The notes under the pieces: generated by a model
What the model saw: the letters and a program-made list of their open reading frames with translations, nothing else
Databases searched by the model: none
Told to the model about the DNA's origin: nothing
DNA from: Candidatus Omnitrophota bacterium
GTDB lineage: Bacteria > Omnitrophota > Gorgyraeia > JAGLLT01
DNA: 64,000 bases
Assembly (NCBI GenBank): GCA_023140385.1
Contig: JAGLLT010000017.1
Coordinates: forward strand, 1,754 to 65,753
Direction of reading: 5' to 3'
Made by a program: the position numbers and the translations under genes
Part shown: positions 18,558-27,926 of the stretch, piece after piece
Layout of the letters: the number at the start of each line of letters is the position of its first letter
How positions within the stretch are numbered: position 1 is the first letter of the stretch

Positions 18558-18925
18558 TCTTCCGCGAAACTCGCCCGGGACGACTCCGTCTCCCAAATAT
18601 CAACACTCAACCTTTTATATTTTTTAGACTTTAACCCGGCCTTTATTCGGCCATAGACGTAGGCGGCGATATTCTCCGAGGTGGGATTAGCCTTCTTAAA
18701 GCAGTTTAAATCATTAAGACATCTGTGATCCAGCCTCTTTAAAACCCCTGCCAACAGTTTTTTCAAATCTTTAAAGTCCATGACCATACCCGTTGAATTT
18801 AATTTCTCACTCCAAATGCTCACTGACACCTTCCAGTTATGACCGTGCAGCCTTTCACACTTGCCTTTATACGCCCGAAGAAAATGCGCTGAGTTGAATT
18901 CGTCTAAAACCGTAATCTTATACAT
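18554..18925 (-). CDS. queD: 6-carboxytetrahydropterin synthase
   Basis: SAHFL, CERLHGHN, DHRCLN, PTSEN, WET. Confidence 0.93.
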   Translation of the reverse strand: MYKITVLDEFNSAHFLRAYKGKCERLHGHNWKVSVSIWSEKLNSTGMVMDFKDLKKLLAGVLKRLDHRCLNDLNCFKKANPTSENIAAYVYGRIKAGLKSKKYKRLSVDIWETESSRASFAEE

Positions 18926-18927
18926 AA

Positions 18928-19725
18928 TTAAACCTTTCTCACACAACTTATTTTTCTGCCTAAAAACTTTCCGCCCACCTTAACAAATTGAGCCGGCTCA
19001 TCGCTTACATAAAAGAGGCATCTTCCTTTTTGCTTCGCCCCCCGCAGGCCGCCGCTTAACTCTAAAAGTTCCTTTACATGCCCGGCAACCTCCTCGGCAG
19101 AGTTTATTAATTCAACCTCACGGCCCATAATCTTTCGAATTGCCTTCATTAATAAAGGATAATGAGTGCAAGCCAATATTAAAGTATCAATTTCTCTCTT
19201 TTTTAACTCCGATAAATATCTCCTGCCGATATTCAAAGTTATATCGTCATTAATCCAGTCTTCTTCAATCAGCGGCACAAAGAGAGGACAGCTTTTAGAA
19301 AAAATCTTAATCCTTTTGTTTATCCTTTTTAAAGCTTGATTATAAACATTACTTTTAATGGTACCGCGCGTTCCGATAACTCCAACACGCAGTCCGCGTG
19401 ACCTTTCGACGGCCTTTCTTACAGCCGGCTCAATAACACCTACCACCGGCACCTTGTATTTTTTTTTAAGAAGATTCAGGCTCAAACTACACGAGGTATT
19501 ACAGGCAACAACGATAATCTTAACCTTGTGTTTTATTAAAAAGTCGGCGTTTTCAATCGAAAACCTGGAAATTGTCTTTTTGGATTTGTTGCCGTAGGGA
19601 ACGCGCGCCGTATCTCCAAAGTAAACAATATTTTCATTCGGAAGCGCCTTCAGCAGTTCCCTGATTACCGTAAGCCCTCCTAATCCTGAATCAAATATCC
19701 CTATAGCCTGATTATTTTCCATCAT
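18928..19725 (-). CDS. murI: Glutamate racemase
   Basis: FDSGLGGL, PYG, ACNT, ACTHYP. Confidence 0.96.
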   Translation of the reverse strand: MMENNQAIGIFDSGLGGLTVIRELLKALPNENIVYFGDTARVPYGNKSKKTISRFSIENADFLIKHKVKIIVVACNTSCSLSLNLLKKKYKVPVVGVIEPAVRKAVERSRGLRVGVIGTRGTIKSNVYNQALKRINKRIKIFSKSCPLFVPLIEEDWINDDITLNIGRRYLSELKKREIDTLILACTHYPLLMKAIRKIMGREVELINSAEEVAGHVKELLELSGGLRGAKQKGRCLFYVSDEPAQFVKVGGKFLGRKISCVRKV

Positions 19726-19731
19726 CCGCGC

Positions 19732-20859
19732 TTATCTGGTAAAACCATCTGTTTCTTCGTAGCGATCTTTATAGTTCAGTATCCCCTTAACCAGGGCGTC
19801 GGCAACGCGATGTCTGTAAGACGCCTGCTTTAACATAGCTTCTTCGCGCTTGTTTGAGATAAAGGCCATCTCTACAAGGACTGACGGTGATCGGACACCT
19901 TTTAAAACGTAAAAGCGGGCGCTTTTAACGCCGCGGTTTTTACCTATACCGTCAGCCTGCATTGAATCACACATACACTTTGCCATCTCCTTAGACTCTA
20001 ACCTGTATTCATCATAAAGCATATCCCAAACCGCGGCTTCCGCATTTTTTGTCGGCTTAACATTAAAATCGCATTCCGTCTCCCAGACAGCATTTTCTAC
20101 CGCCTGTACCGCCCGGGCACTGTCGTCAAGGGCATCCGATAAATAAAAAACCTCAAAACCTGAAGGCCGGCGGTTTCTATGGGCATTAGCGTGGATACTG
20201 ATAAAAAAGTCTGGACTATTTTTATTGGAAATACTCGTTCTCTGCCAGAGAGATATATACCTGTCCGTATCCCTGGTCATCACAACCTCAATTCCGCGAT
20301 CTTCCAGCATTCTCTTCACACGTTTTGAAACATCCAGCGCTACAACCTTTTCTTTTAGTCCATAGCGGCCTACGGCGCCCGGATCTTTGCCGCCGTGGCC
20401 GGCATCAATAACTATCTTCCTTATGCGATTTCTCTCTTCACCCCTGCCCGGCAGCCTGCCAAAGCCCCTGTTGAAAAGCCTATCAAGCCTTTCTTCAATT
20501 AACGATAACGGAATAAATACACTACCTCGATAAAGTATAACAGCCGCATCCGTATATACTGTACTTCCATCTATAAGAAGAACTTCGGCGTCAGGCCTGA
20601 GCACGGCCGTGTGGCCGTCCTTTTTCAGAAGCAATCGCCGCGAAACTACATCATAGTCCCGCCTAAGCCGGTAAATACCCGAAAAAACAGTTGCCGCTAC
20701 ATACTTGTCTCCGCCTATCCTAATAGCTTCTTTCCTCGCGGAAATCAAGGCCTCGTTTACCGGAAGGCGGCCGCCTTTGGCGCAACCCTGGACAACAAAC
20801 AAAAGTAATAAAAAAATAACTGCTAATATTTTTTTAAAAGCAGTTTTATTAATTTTCAT
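19732..20859 (-). CDS. N-acetylmuramoyl-L-alanine amidase (Amidase_3)
   Basis: IDAGHGGKDPG, SIHAN, LVE motifs; lipobox-like QGC. Confidence 0.92.
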   Translation of the reverse strand: MKINKTAFKKILAVIFLLLLFVVQGCAKGGRLPVNEALISARKEAIRIGGDKYVAATVFSGIYRLRRDYDVVSRRLLLKKDGHTAVLRPDAEVLLIDGSTVYTDAAVILYRGSVFIPLSLIEERLDRLFNRGFGRLPGRGEERNRIRKIVIDAGHGGKDPGAVGRYGLKEKVVALDVSKRVKRMLEDRGIEVVMTRDTDRYISLWQRTSISNKNSPDFFISIHANAHRNRRPSGFEVFYLSDALDDSARAVQAVENAVWETECDFNVKPTKNAEAAVWDMLYDEYRLESKEMAKCMCDSMQADGIGKNRGVKSARFYVLKGVRSPSVLVEMAFISNKREEAMLKQASYRHRVADALVKGILNYKDRYEETDGFTR

Positions 20860-20865
20860 CTTTAC

Positions 20866-21447
20866 TCACTCAGCGCTCTCTTGACCATTATCAGCCGCTT
20901 CCCTGAAAAAACCCCCATAGTCGCTAAAAAAATCTTCACTGTCAAAAGAACTACTATTAGACAAAAGCCCCGTTAAAGACTCATAAACTCCCGGGGTTAT
21001 CATATAGACGCGCTTTGCCAGGGTAAAATCATTACCGTTTCGCGGTATAAAATCCGCTATCGGGCTCATCGCCGCTATTACAAAAATAAGGCTGATAACA
21101 ATAAGGCCCCGCAGAACGCCTAAGGCCAGGCCGCCCGGCTTATCCACTATCCATATGAGCCGTACCTTTATTTTACCAAACACCCTGTTATTTATAAATA
21201 TAAGTAACGCGTAAAAAAACATTAAAAGGACACCAAAAGATAAAGCGTCAAGAATCAACGAACCTTCAGCGAATAAACTACCCGCTAAACCGCCAAGGCG
21301 GCTACTTGCTTCTTTAAAAAGAATAAAGGTTAGCACGAAAGAAATAAAAACATTAAAAAATGATACTATTTCCAGGAACAGCCCTTTTTTAAAGCCAAAA
21401 AGTGCATAGGTTGTTACAATAGCGATAATTATCGCGGGCAATATCAT
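20866..21447 (-). CDS. CvpA-family membrane protein
   Basis: GFKKGL, DKPGGLALGVLRG, four TMs. Confidence 0.8.
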   Translation of the reverse strand: MILPAIIIAIVTTYALFGFKKGLFLEIVSFFNVFISFVLTFILFKEASSRLGGLAGSLFAEGSLILDALSFGVLLMFFYALLIFINNRVFGKIKVRLIWIVDKPGGLALGVLRGLIVISLIFVIAAMSPIADFIPRNGNDFTLAKRVYMITPGVYESLTGLLSNSSSFDSEDFFSDYGGFFREAADNGQESAE

Positions 21448-23012
21448 TGAATCTTTCTCTTGGTAAAAAATTTAGTCGCGGGCACAACCGCGTTCAGCTC
21501 CTCCAGCGTCGTCTCGCCCGCCTCAACCCTTCTCACGCCCTGCTCCCTTAAATCCCGCATTCCCCATTTAGCATAATTTTCTCTGATGACATCAGGCGCG
21601 GTGTCACTAAAAATTAACTCTCTCAACTCTTTGTCGGCAAAGAGTATTTCAAAAAGCGCCGTTCTTCCTCTATAGCCGGTATAATTGCACTTAGGACAGC
21701 CCTTGGCTTTATAGACATTTTTTACACCCCTCTCTTCCAAGACGGTATCACGCTCCACTTTTTCCTTACAGTCAGGACAGAGAATACGGATTAGCCTCTG
21801 AGCTATAATTGCCAGCAAGGACGACGATAGGTGATGGGGCGTTATCTCAAAGTCCCTTAATCTTGTTATAGCGTTAGCCGCGTCAATAGAGTGCATGGTG
21901 CTTAAGACCAGATGCCCCGTATCAGCCGCTTGATTGGCTATTTTGGCAGTTTCACCATCTCTGATCTCTCCCACCATAATAACGTCGGGATCCTGGCGAA
22001 GCATCGATCTCAGGCCCTGCACAAAATCAACACCGGCCTTAACATTTATCTGCTGCTGGCTTACACCGGGAAGCTCATACTCAACCGGATCTTCAATAGT
22101 CATTATGTTATACTTTTCCGGATTAACTTTCTTTATAATGCTGTAAAGAGTAGTAGTCTTTCCGCATCCTGTCGGCCCGCAGATTAAAACCATCCCGTGC
22201 GGCTTAGAAACAACCTGCTCTATGCGGCTAAGGTCGTCTTTTAAAAAGCCCAGATTCTCAAGGCTCAAAAGCATACCGTCTCTCCTTAAAATTCTGATAG
22301 CAATCTTTTCACCAAAGATAGCATAGGAGGTAGAAACCCTCAAATCATATTTTTTCCCGCCCACCTCAACCTCAAAACGTCCGCTTTGGGCCTCCTTCCT
22401 TTGGGCTATATCCAGGCCGGCCAGCATCTTAAGCATTGCCGTCACCCTCACTCCCAGTTCTCTGGGGGGGGCGATTACGTCATAAAGCACTCCATCTATT
22501 CTTTGCCTGACCCGAACCTTTTCCTTCTCGGGGTCAAAATGAATATCCGTCGCCCTTTCATAAATTGCCCGGGCAATATAAAACTTAACAACGCTCCATA
22601 CCCTGCTTTTAGCATCCTTGCCGGCTCCCTGCTCTATATCCAACCCCGCATAGTCAAATAACTTAATTATACGGGGATCAAAGTTTTTTACCTTATCAAG
22701 GAATATTTGGTGGGCAACGTCCGAATGAATGAGCTTATTGCAATGGGGACAGGTAAAAAGATTTGTCTCGCTTAATACTTTAGTTAAATCATAACCGCAA
22801 TAGTCACACTTAATGGGACCCTTTGTGTTCCTGCACGCAAGATAGGCCAAAAAGCCGAAGATGTTAAAAAAAAGAGTAGCGGTTGTCCAGAAAGTCTGAG
22901 ATCTCAGCCTCTTTTTATCCGCGTCACGGTTCACCCAGATAACCATTTGAAGAGAAATATAAACGCAGACAAATATTATTAATACAATCCTAATAAGGCC
23001 TGAATCAATCAT
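21444..23012 (-). CDS. GspE/PilB-family ATPase with N-terminal TM hairpin and zinc ribbon
   Basis: ATDIHFDP, GPTGCGKTT, EDPVE, RQDPD, GEIRD; N-terminal TMs and CDYC...CPHC. Confidence 0.88.
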   Translation of the reverse strand: MIDSGLIRIVLIIFVCVYISLQMVIWVNRDADKKRLRSQTFWTTATLFFNIFGFLAYLACRNTKGPIKCDYCGYDLTKVLSETNLFTCPHCNKLIHSDVAHQIFLDKVKNFDPRIIKLFDYAGLDIEQGAGKDAKSRVWSVVKFYIARAIYERATDIHFDPEKEKVRVRQRIDGVLYDVIAPPRELGVRVTAMLKMLAGLDIAQRKEAQSGRFEVEVGGKKYDLRVSTSYAIFGEKIAIRILRRDGMLLSLENLGFLKDDLSRIEQVVSKPHGMVLICGPTGCGKTTTLYSIIKKVNPEKYNIMTIEDPVEYELPGVSQQQINVKAGVDFVQGLRSMLRQDPDVIMVGEIRDGETAKIANQAADTGHLVLSTMHSIDAANAITRLRDFEITPHHLSSSLLAIIAQRLIRILCPDCKEKVERDTVLEERGVKNVYKAKGCPKCNYTGYRGRTALFEILFADKELRELIFSDTAPDVIRENYAKWGMRDLREQGVRRVEAGETTLEELNAVVPATKFFTKRKIQ

Positions 23013-23125
23013 TCACAAATACTCCGGGCTAATATTAAACTATCCCACTCCGAAAAATATTGCTTCCGACACATCATCATTTATACCAGAAAGTTACCAA
23101 AAAAGCAAGTACAATTGGAGCGGGT

Positions 23126-23383
23126 TCATTTATACTTGACTATCATAGCTACAATTAAAAGGGATAAGATGAGCATGGCCGCGTTGGTCAGCATTATAGG
23201 CAATGAACCTGTTAATATCCCATAAATCAGCCATAAAAATATGCCCACAGAAAGCATAGAAAACGTAGTTAAAGATAAATCACCCACCCGCTTCGTCTTA
23301 TAAATCCTCATCACCTGAGGCAAAAAAGAAAGCGTACATAAAACACCCGCGCACAACCCGATTATTAAACTGATCATTTTCAA
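23126..23383 (-). CDS. SemiSWEET (PQ-loop) transporter
   Basis: SFLPQV, DLS, WLIYG; 85 aa. Confidence 0.9.
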   Translation of the reverse strand: MKMISLIIGLCAGVLCTLSFLPQVMRIYKTKRVGDLSLTTFSMLSVGIFLWLIYGILTGSLPIMLTNAAMLILSLLIVAMIVKYK

Positions 23384-23476
23384 CTCACCTTTTTTAATAA
23401 TTAGGAGTACTTCCTAATTAAAATTTTTCTACTAATATTATTGTACCAAATTTTGCAAATTGCACAATTAAATGTT

Positions 23477-23890
23477 TTATTCTTCCTCCTCAGGCCGATA
23501 AGAACGCTCCCTTTTTTTCTTACTCCTCTTTGCCTTAGCTTCCAGCATCTTTTCCTTGGCCCTTTTGGACCGTTTACGTTTTTGCCTTTTTATTTTTTCT
23601 ATTTGCTTTCTCTCCGCGGACAGTTTCCCCATGACAAGAGTTTCAATTTTATTAACCAGAATCCTCCGGGCCAAAAATCTATTTTGAACCTGAGACCGCT
23701 CGCGCTGGCATTTCACCTCAAGGCCGCTTGGCTTATGCTTCAGATAAACACAGGTAGAAGTCTTATTAACATTTTGCCCCCCCTTACCCCCCGAGCGGAT
23801 AAACTTCTCCTCAATGTCTTTTTCAAAAACCCCCAGCTCCCGCATCTTCTTCTTCAAAGTTTCTCTTTTAGCTTCGCTTACAGTACCCAT
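23477..23890 (-). CDS. RF-1-domain peptidyl-tRNA hydrolase (ArfB-like)
   Basis: RSGGKGGQNVNKT, RSQVQNR, basic C-tail; start taken at MGTVS. Confidence 0.88.
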   Translation of the reverse strand: MGTVSEAKRETLKKKMRELGVFEKDIEEKFIRSGGKGGQNVNKTSTCVYLKHKPSGLEVKCQRERSQVQNRFLARRILVNKIETLVMGKLSAERKQIEKIKRQKRKRSKRAKEKMLEAKAKRSKKKRERSYRPEEEE

Positions 23891-23928
23891 AATGGCAATT
23901 CCAAGTTCTGTCAAAAATAGTTAACTTT

Positions 23929-24018
23929 AATAACCAATAACCAAGAAACAAGATACAAACAATATTCAAATTTCAATATCCAATAATCAAACAGTCACTC
24001 CTGTCTTGTTTGGTTATT
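23929..24018. repeat. Heptamer-periodic palindromic element, truncated right arm
   Basis: About 65-bp arm aataaccaataaccaagaaacaagatacaaac... homologous to 27776-27840. Confidence 0.8.
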
Positions 24019-24072
24019 CAGGAAATTTCTCCGCTAATTTTTCCTGTAAATAAAGTGCCTTTTTTAATGGGG

Positions 24073-24579
24073 TCAGGTCTCAACATTCAACACTTTCTTT
24101 AACTTATCTTTCATCATGCTAACTGCAAAATCTCTATCGTCAACCTTTGCCTGTTGTATATTAAAATTGTATACTTCCCTGATACCTTTTTGTTTTAAGC
24201 GTTTTTTTATACTATTAATACATTTTTCCACGCCCGTGCCGCTCCCATAGGTTGTAAATACAATCGCGTCTTTACCGCCGGCGTTTAGCATTTTATCAAG
24301 GTAGGTATTTACCGCGGGCGTCGGCGCGAACGCCCATACGGGAGAACCTATACATACTAAATCATACCCCGCCAAATCAAAATTAACATCATCAGAAAGA
24401 ACCGCCTCCCGTCCCCGAAGCGCGTCAAGGCACTGAAGAAAGAAATTTCTTTTTTCATTTTCAGGTTTTAATTTATGTACGTCTACCGTAAAACCTTTGT
24501 CTTTTAACAGGCCAACAAGCACCTTAGCCGTTTTTTCAGTGTTGCCGCCATATGAATAATACACTACTAAAGTTTTCAT
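24073..24579 (-). CDS. Flavodoxin-family protein
   Basis: YYSYGGNT, IGSPVW; GGAGG RBS before ATG 24579. Confidence 0.85.
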   Translation of the reverse strand: MKTLVVYYSYGGNTEKTAKVLVGLLKDKGFTVDVHKLKPENEKRNFFLQCLDALRGREAVLSDDVNFDLAGYDLVCIGSPVWAFAPTPAVNTYLDKMLNAGGKDAIVFTTYGSGTGVEKCINSIKKRLKQKGIREVYNFNIQQAKVDDRDFAVSMMKDKLKKVLNVET

Positions 24580-24615
24580 ATCAACCGCTCCTCCGCTTTT
24601 CACTTCTTGTATCCA

Positions 24616-24676
24616 GACGTTCGCCTTCGCTCACTCTAAGGATTAAGACGCTCACCGTGTTCGCTCTAAGGATTAA
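24616..24676 (+). repeat. Doublet of 30/31-bp GACG...TAAGGATTAA units
   Basis: gacgttcgccttcgctcactctaaggattaa + gacgctcaccgtgttcgctctaaggattaa. Confidence 0.9.
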
Positions 24677-25019
24677 GTTTACTCTGTAAGCCACAGAGCA
24701 TCTTTCCTACTTCATTACACATATTACTTACTTTATTAGTTACAACCTCGTCAAGATAATTTAAATCTTTACTTAATATAATATGATATTTCGTTTCTTC
24801 CAGAGAAGCATCGGCTAAATTTAAAAAATGAGAATAATCTCGTTTACCTTTTCTTTTAAATCCTTCAACAATATTAGTAGGAATAGAACTTGCCGAACGT
24901 CTTAGTTGAGAAGTAAGGCCAAATTTTTCTTCGTTTGGAAAACTTCTTGTAATCTTATATATCTCCAACACTAACATATGCGCCTTCTGCCAAACCTTTA
25001 GATCCTTAAAAGTTTTCAT
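24666..25019 (-). CDS. Four-helix-bundle protein (23S rRNA IVP/TIGR02436-like)
   Basis: FKDLKVWQKA...FPNEEKFGLTSQLRRSASSIPTNIVEG. Confidence 0.92.
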   Translation of the reverse strand: MKTFKDLKVWQKAHMLVLEIYKITRSFPNEEKFGLTSQLRRSASSIPTNIVEGFKRKGKRDYSHFLNLADASLEETKYHIILSKDLNYLDEVVTNKVSNMCNEVGKMLCGLQSKLNP

Positions 25020-25059
25020 TTATTTTCGCAATCTCGTTTTTACTTAATCCTGTCATCAA

Positions 25060-25119
25060 GACGCTCATTTCATTCGCTCTAAGGATTAAGACGCTCACTT
25101 TGTTCGCTTTAAGGATTAA
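25060..25119 (+). repeat. Doublet of 30-bp GACGCTCA...TAAGGATTAA units
   Basis: gacgctcatttcattcgctctaaggattaa + gacgctcactttgttcgctttaaggattaa. Confidence 0.9.
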
Positions 25120-25266
25120 GTTCCTTTTACTTAATCCCCAACTTTACACTTAAGATTCAATCTTATATGCAAAGCTAACTCTCAATCTTTGCCTACCCCG
25201 CATATGAACGGAGTGAATTGTTCGGGGTTTTACTTAATCCCTTTTCTTCTATTTTTTGCTTTTAAC

Positions 25267-25322
25267 TTAATCCTTAGAGCTCACCATCACTTTGTCATTG
25301 GTGAGCGTCTTAATCCTTAATC
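25267..25322 (-). repeat. Inverted, longer unit of the same family inside the recQ 3' end
   Basis: Minus strand gattaaggattaagacgctcaccaatgacaaagtgatggtgagctctaaggattaa. Confidence 0.85.
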
Positions 25323-27135
25323 CTGTTTGTAAATCCTGTTTTATTACCTCAATAAACACACCAGCATATGCTTTCAACTTATGTTCGCCGACACCGTAGA
25401 TATTCGCGAACTCGTCCTTGGTAAGCGGCTTTTTTGCCGCCATATCCTTGAGAGCCTTGTCTCCAAATATAATATACGCCGGCACCCCTTTCTTTCGCGC
25501 GAGTTCCGCCCTCTTATCGCGCAATCTCTGAAACAAACCCTGATCTACTCCGGCCCAATCCTGCTCCCTGCGTTTTGACCTTTGCCTCGCAATCTGCTTT
25601 TTCTTTTCCCGGACAAGCGGCTTCGCCAGCACCGGAACCGCCTCCGCGTCCAACAACTGCCGCCCCTTATCAGTCACCGACAAGGTGGAAAACTCCCCCT
25701 CCCGCCGCAAAAAATCCTGGCCGAGAAGCTGTTCAATCATATAGCGTATAAACGGCGCGGTCTCATTTACCATTATACCGAACATTGATAACTCATTATG
25801 CCGCAGGGACGCTATCTTATCAAGCATCTTACCTTTTAAAACATCAGTGATATACCCAGCGCCAAATCCGTATTCGTCCTGCCTCACACTCTCCACACAG
25901 GATACGATATTCTGCCCCACAACCAGCGGATCCTCAACCATCTCCAGCTCGCGCAAACAATAATCACAGGCATTACACATATCCACATCATAGGGTTGTC
26001 CGAAATAATTCACAAGCACCTTATGGCGGCATTGCGGTTGAGCGCAAAAATTATACATAACCCCCAGCTTTTCCATTAGCACCGCGCACTCAGGAGATTT
26101 TTTAGCAAAAAAAGTCCACAACCCATAATCCCCGCCGCTGTAAAACATATAACAAAATGCCGGCAGGCCGTCACGGCCGGCACGGCCGATTTCCTGTTGA
26201 TATTGCTCAACGCTCTTAGGCATCCCCGTGTGAACCACAAAACGTATATTCGACCGGTCAATTCCCATGCCAAAAGCCACCGTTGCCACAATAATATTTA
26301 CCTCTTCACGCATAAAACGATTCTGGCTTATATGACGCTCTTTATCAGGCATACCGGCGTGATAGGGCATATTATCAAACCCCAGCCGCTTCAATTTTAT
26401 CGACATACTATCCACATCTTTACGGCGCAGGCAGTAGATAATACCCGGCTCATTATTATGCCGCTCTAAAACCTCCGTTACCTGCTTAATAATCTGCTGG
26501 CGAGGTATTACCCGGTACGTCAAATTAGGCCTGTCCACCAGCCCGATATGCATCATCGGATTGGACAATTCCAACTGGCTCACAATATCATCCTGCACCT
26601 CTTTCGTTGCCGTGGCTGTAAAAGCATGCACGCTGGCCGCCTTAAATATTTTTTTTATCATCCCCAGCGCCCGGTAATCCGCCCTGAAATCATGCCCCCA
26701 ATGACTTATACAATGCGCCTCGTCAATCACAAAAAAAGAAACGCCGATATCCTTTAATAAATTAATTGCCGCCTCATTCTGCAATCGTTCCGGCGACATA
26801 TATAAAAGTTTTACGTTCCCCTGCCGGCAATCCTCAATCGCGGCTCTCTGCTCGACGGCAGATAAGCTTGAGTTTAAATATGCCGCCGCGATGCCCATAT
26901 CACTGAGCGCGTCTACCTGGTCCTTCATCAGCGAGATTAGCGGAGAGATAACCACAAATATCCCTTCTTCCATCAACGCGGGCAGCTGAAAACACAGCGA
27001 CTTTCCTCCGCCCGTCGGCAGTACCGTCAAGCTATCCTTACCCTTAAGTATAGAACAAATCGTTTCTTCCTGTAGAGGTAAAAAGCATTTATATCCCCAG
27101 TGCCGCTCTAATACCCTGCGTATTTTTTCTTTCAT
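25267..27135 (-). CDS. recQ: ATP-dependent DNA helicase RecQ
   Basis: PTGGGKS, DEAH, HWGHDFR, AFGMGID, GRAGRDG, Zn cysteines, RQC and HRDC. Confidence 0.95.
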   Translation of the reverse strand: MKEKIRRVLERHWGYKCFLPLQEETICSILKGKDSLTVLPTGGGKSLCFQLPALMEEGIFVVISPLISLMKDQVDALSDMGIAAAYLNSSLSAVEQRAAIEDCRQGNVKLLYMSPERLQNEAAINLLKDIGVSFFVIDEAHCISHWGHDFRADYRALGMIKKIFKAASVHAFTATATKEVQDDIVSQLELSNPMMHIGLVDRPNLTYRVIPRQQIIKQVTEVLERHNNEPGIIYCLRRKDVDSMSIKLKRLGFDNMPYHAGMPDKERHISQNRFMREEVNIIVATVAFGMGIDRSNIRFVVHTGMPKSVEQYQQEIGRAGRDGLPAFCYMFYSGGDYGLWTFFAKKSPECAVLMEKLGVMYNFCAQPQCRHKVLVNYFGQPYDVDMCNACDYCLRELEMVEDPLVVGQNIVSCVESVRQDEYGFGAGYITDVLKGKMLDKIASLRHNELSMFGIMVNETAPFIRYMIEQLLGQDFLRREGEFSTLSVTDKGRQLLDAEAVPVLAKPLVREKKKQIARQRSKRREQDWAGVDQGLFQRLRDKRAELARKKGVPAYIIFGDKALKDMAAKKPLTKDEFANIYGVGEHKLKAYAGVFIEVIKQDLQTGLRIKTLTNDKVMVSSKD

Positions 27136-27137
27136 TT

Positions 27138-27686
27138 TCAATAAGACCAAAATTGATTTTTGCGTCCGGTTTGACTATTAATTATTATGTGCTTATCAGG
27201 AACAAGTTTGAGTGTATCGTGAATTGCCTGGTCAAAGGTATAAAGTTCAACATGTTTGCCATAGCGGTCTTTTATTTCAGTAATAACTTCCACGAAGTCT
27301 GAATCACCCGAGATAAGCGCGGCTACATCATATTGATCCGTAGCCGCCTTAGAAAACATATCCACGGCAATCTTAACATCAAGCCCTTTCTGAATCCATA
27401 CATTATGAACATGCACCAATCGCCCCAGTTTAACTTCAAAATAGGGAATGCTTAACTTAAGGCCCTTAAGATATTCATGCTGCTCGGTATAAGTACGAAG
27501 ATTTTCTTCTTTGCTAAACTCCGCGGAATAATAGTAACAACGAACCAGCTCCCTTCTTTCCGCTATCCACCCTATTATATTCATCCATTTAATGTCTTTA
27601 CGCCTAATAGGCCTTCGTGTTTTCCTTAAGTCCTTCACCTTCTGAACAACATACTCAGCATCAACAAAAATCATTATACGCTTCAT
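27138..27686 (-). CDS. NYN/LabA (PIN-like) domain protein
   Basis: [25 protein letters not shown]. Confidence 0.88.
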   Translation of the reverse strand: MKRIMIFVDAEYVVQKVKDLRKTRRPIRRKDIKWMNIIGWIAERRELVRCYYYSAEFSKEENLRTYTEQHEYLKGLKLSIPYFEVKLGRLVHVHNVWIQKGLDVKIAVDMFSKAATDQYDVAALISGDSDFVEVITEIKDRYGKHVELYTFDQAIHDTLKLVPDKHIIINSQTGRKNQFWSY

Positions 27687-27775
27687 TTATTCCCTCCTTA
27701 TATAATAACGTTAATTTTAACCAATATCCAAGCCGCCATCTTTGTTTTGTTTCGGTTTGATTATTCGAAATTTTA

Positions 27776-27926
27776 AATAACCAATAACCAAGTTACAAGA
27801 TACAAACAATAACCAATATTCAATAACCAATCATCAAACATTCGCGTCTGTTTCGGTTTGGTTATTTGATTTTGGTCATTGGTTATTATTTGGTTATTGT
27901 TTCTTGTATCTTGGTTATTGTTTACT
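27776..27926. repeat. Complete heptamer-periodic imperfect inverted repeat (MITE-like)
   Basis: Left arm aataaccaataaccaagttacaagatac..., right arm ...ttcttgtatcttggttattg. Confidence 0.85.

Noticed and set aside
16751-18925. 7-deazaguanine DNA-modification (dpd) island
   Set aside because: No dpdA/tgt-like gene; queF and the housekeeping context fit ordinary queuosine synthesis
24666-25019. Diversity-generating retroelement (Avd-like gene)
   Set aside because: No reverse transcriptase and no TR/VR pair seen in the window
24616-25119. CRISPR array or integron attC sites
   Set aside because: Only doublets with no spacers; no RYYYAAC…GTTRRRY ends or integrase seen
25267-27686. RecQ plus NYN nuclease as an anti-phage system
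   Set aside because: RecQ has the ordinary RQC-HRDC architecture, and adjacency alone is not enough evidence
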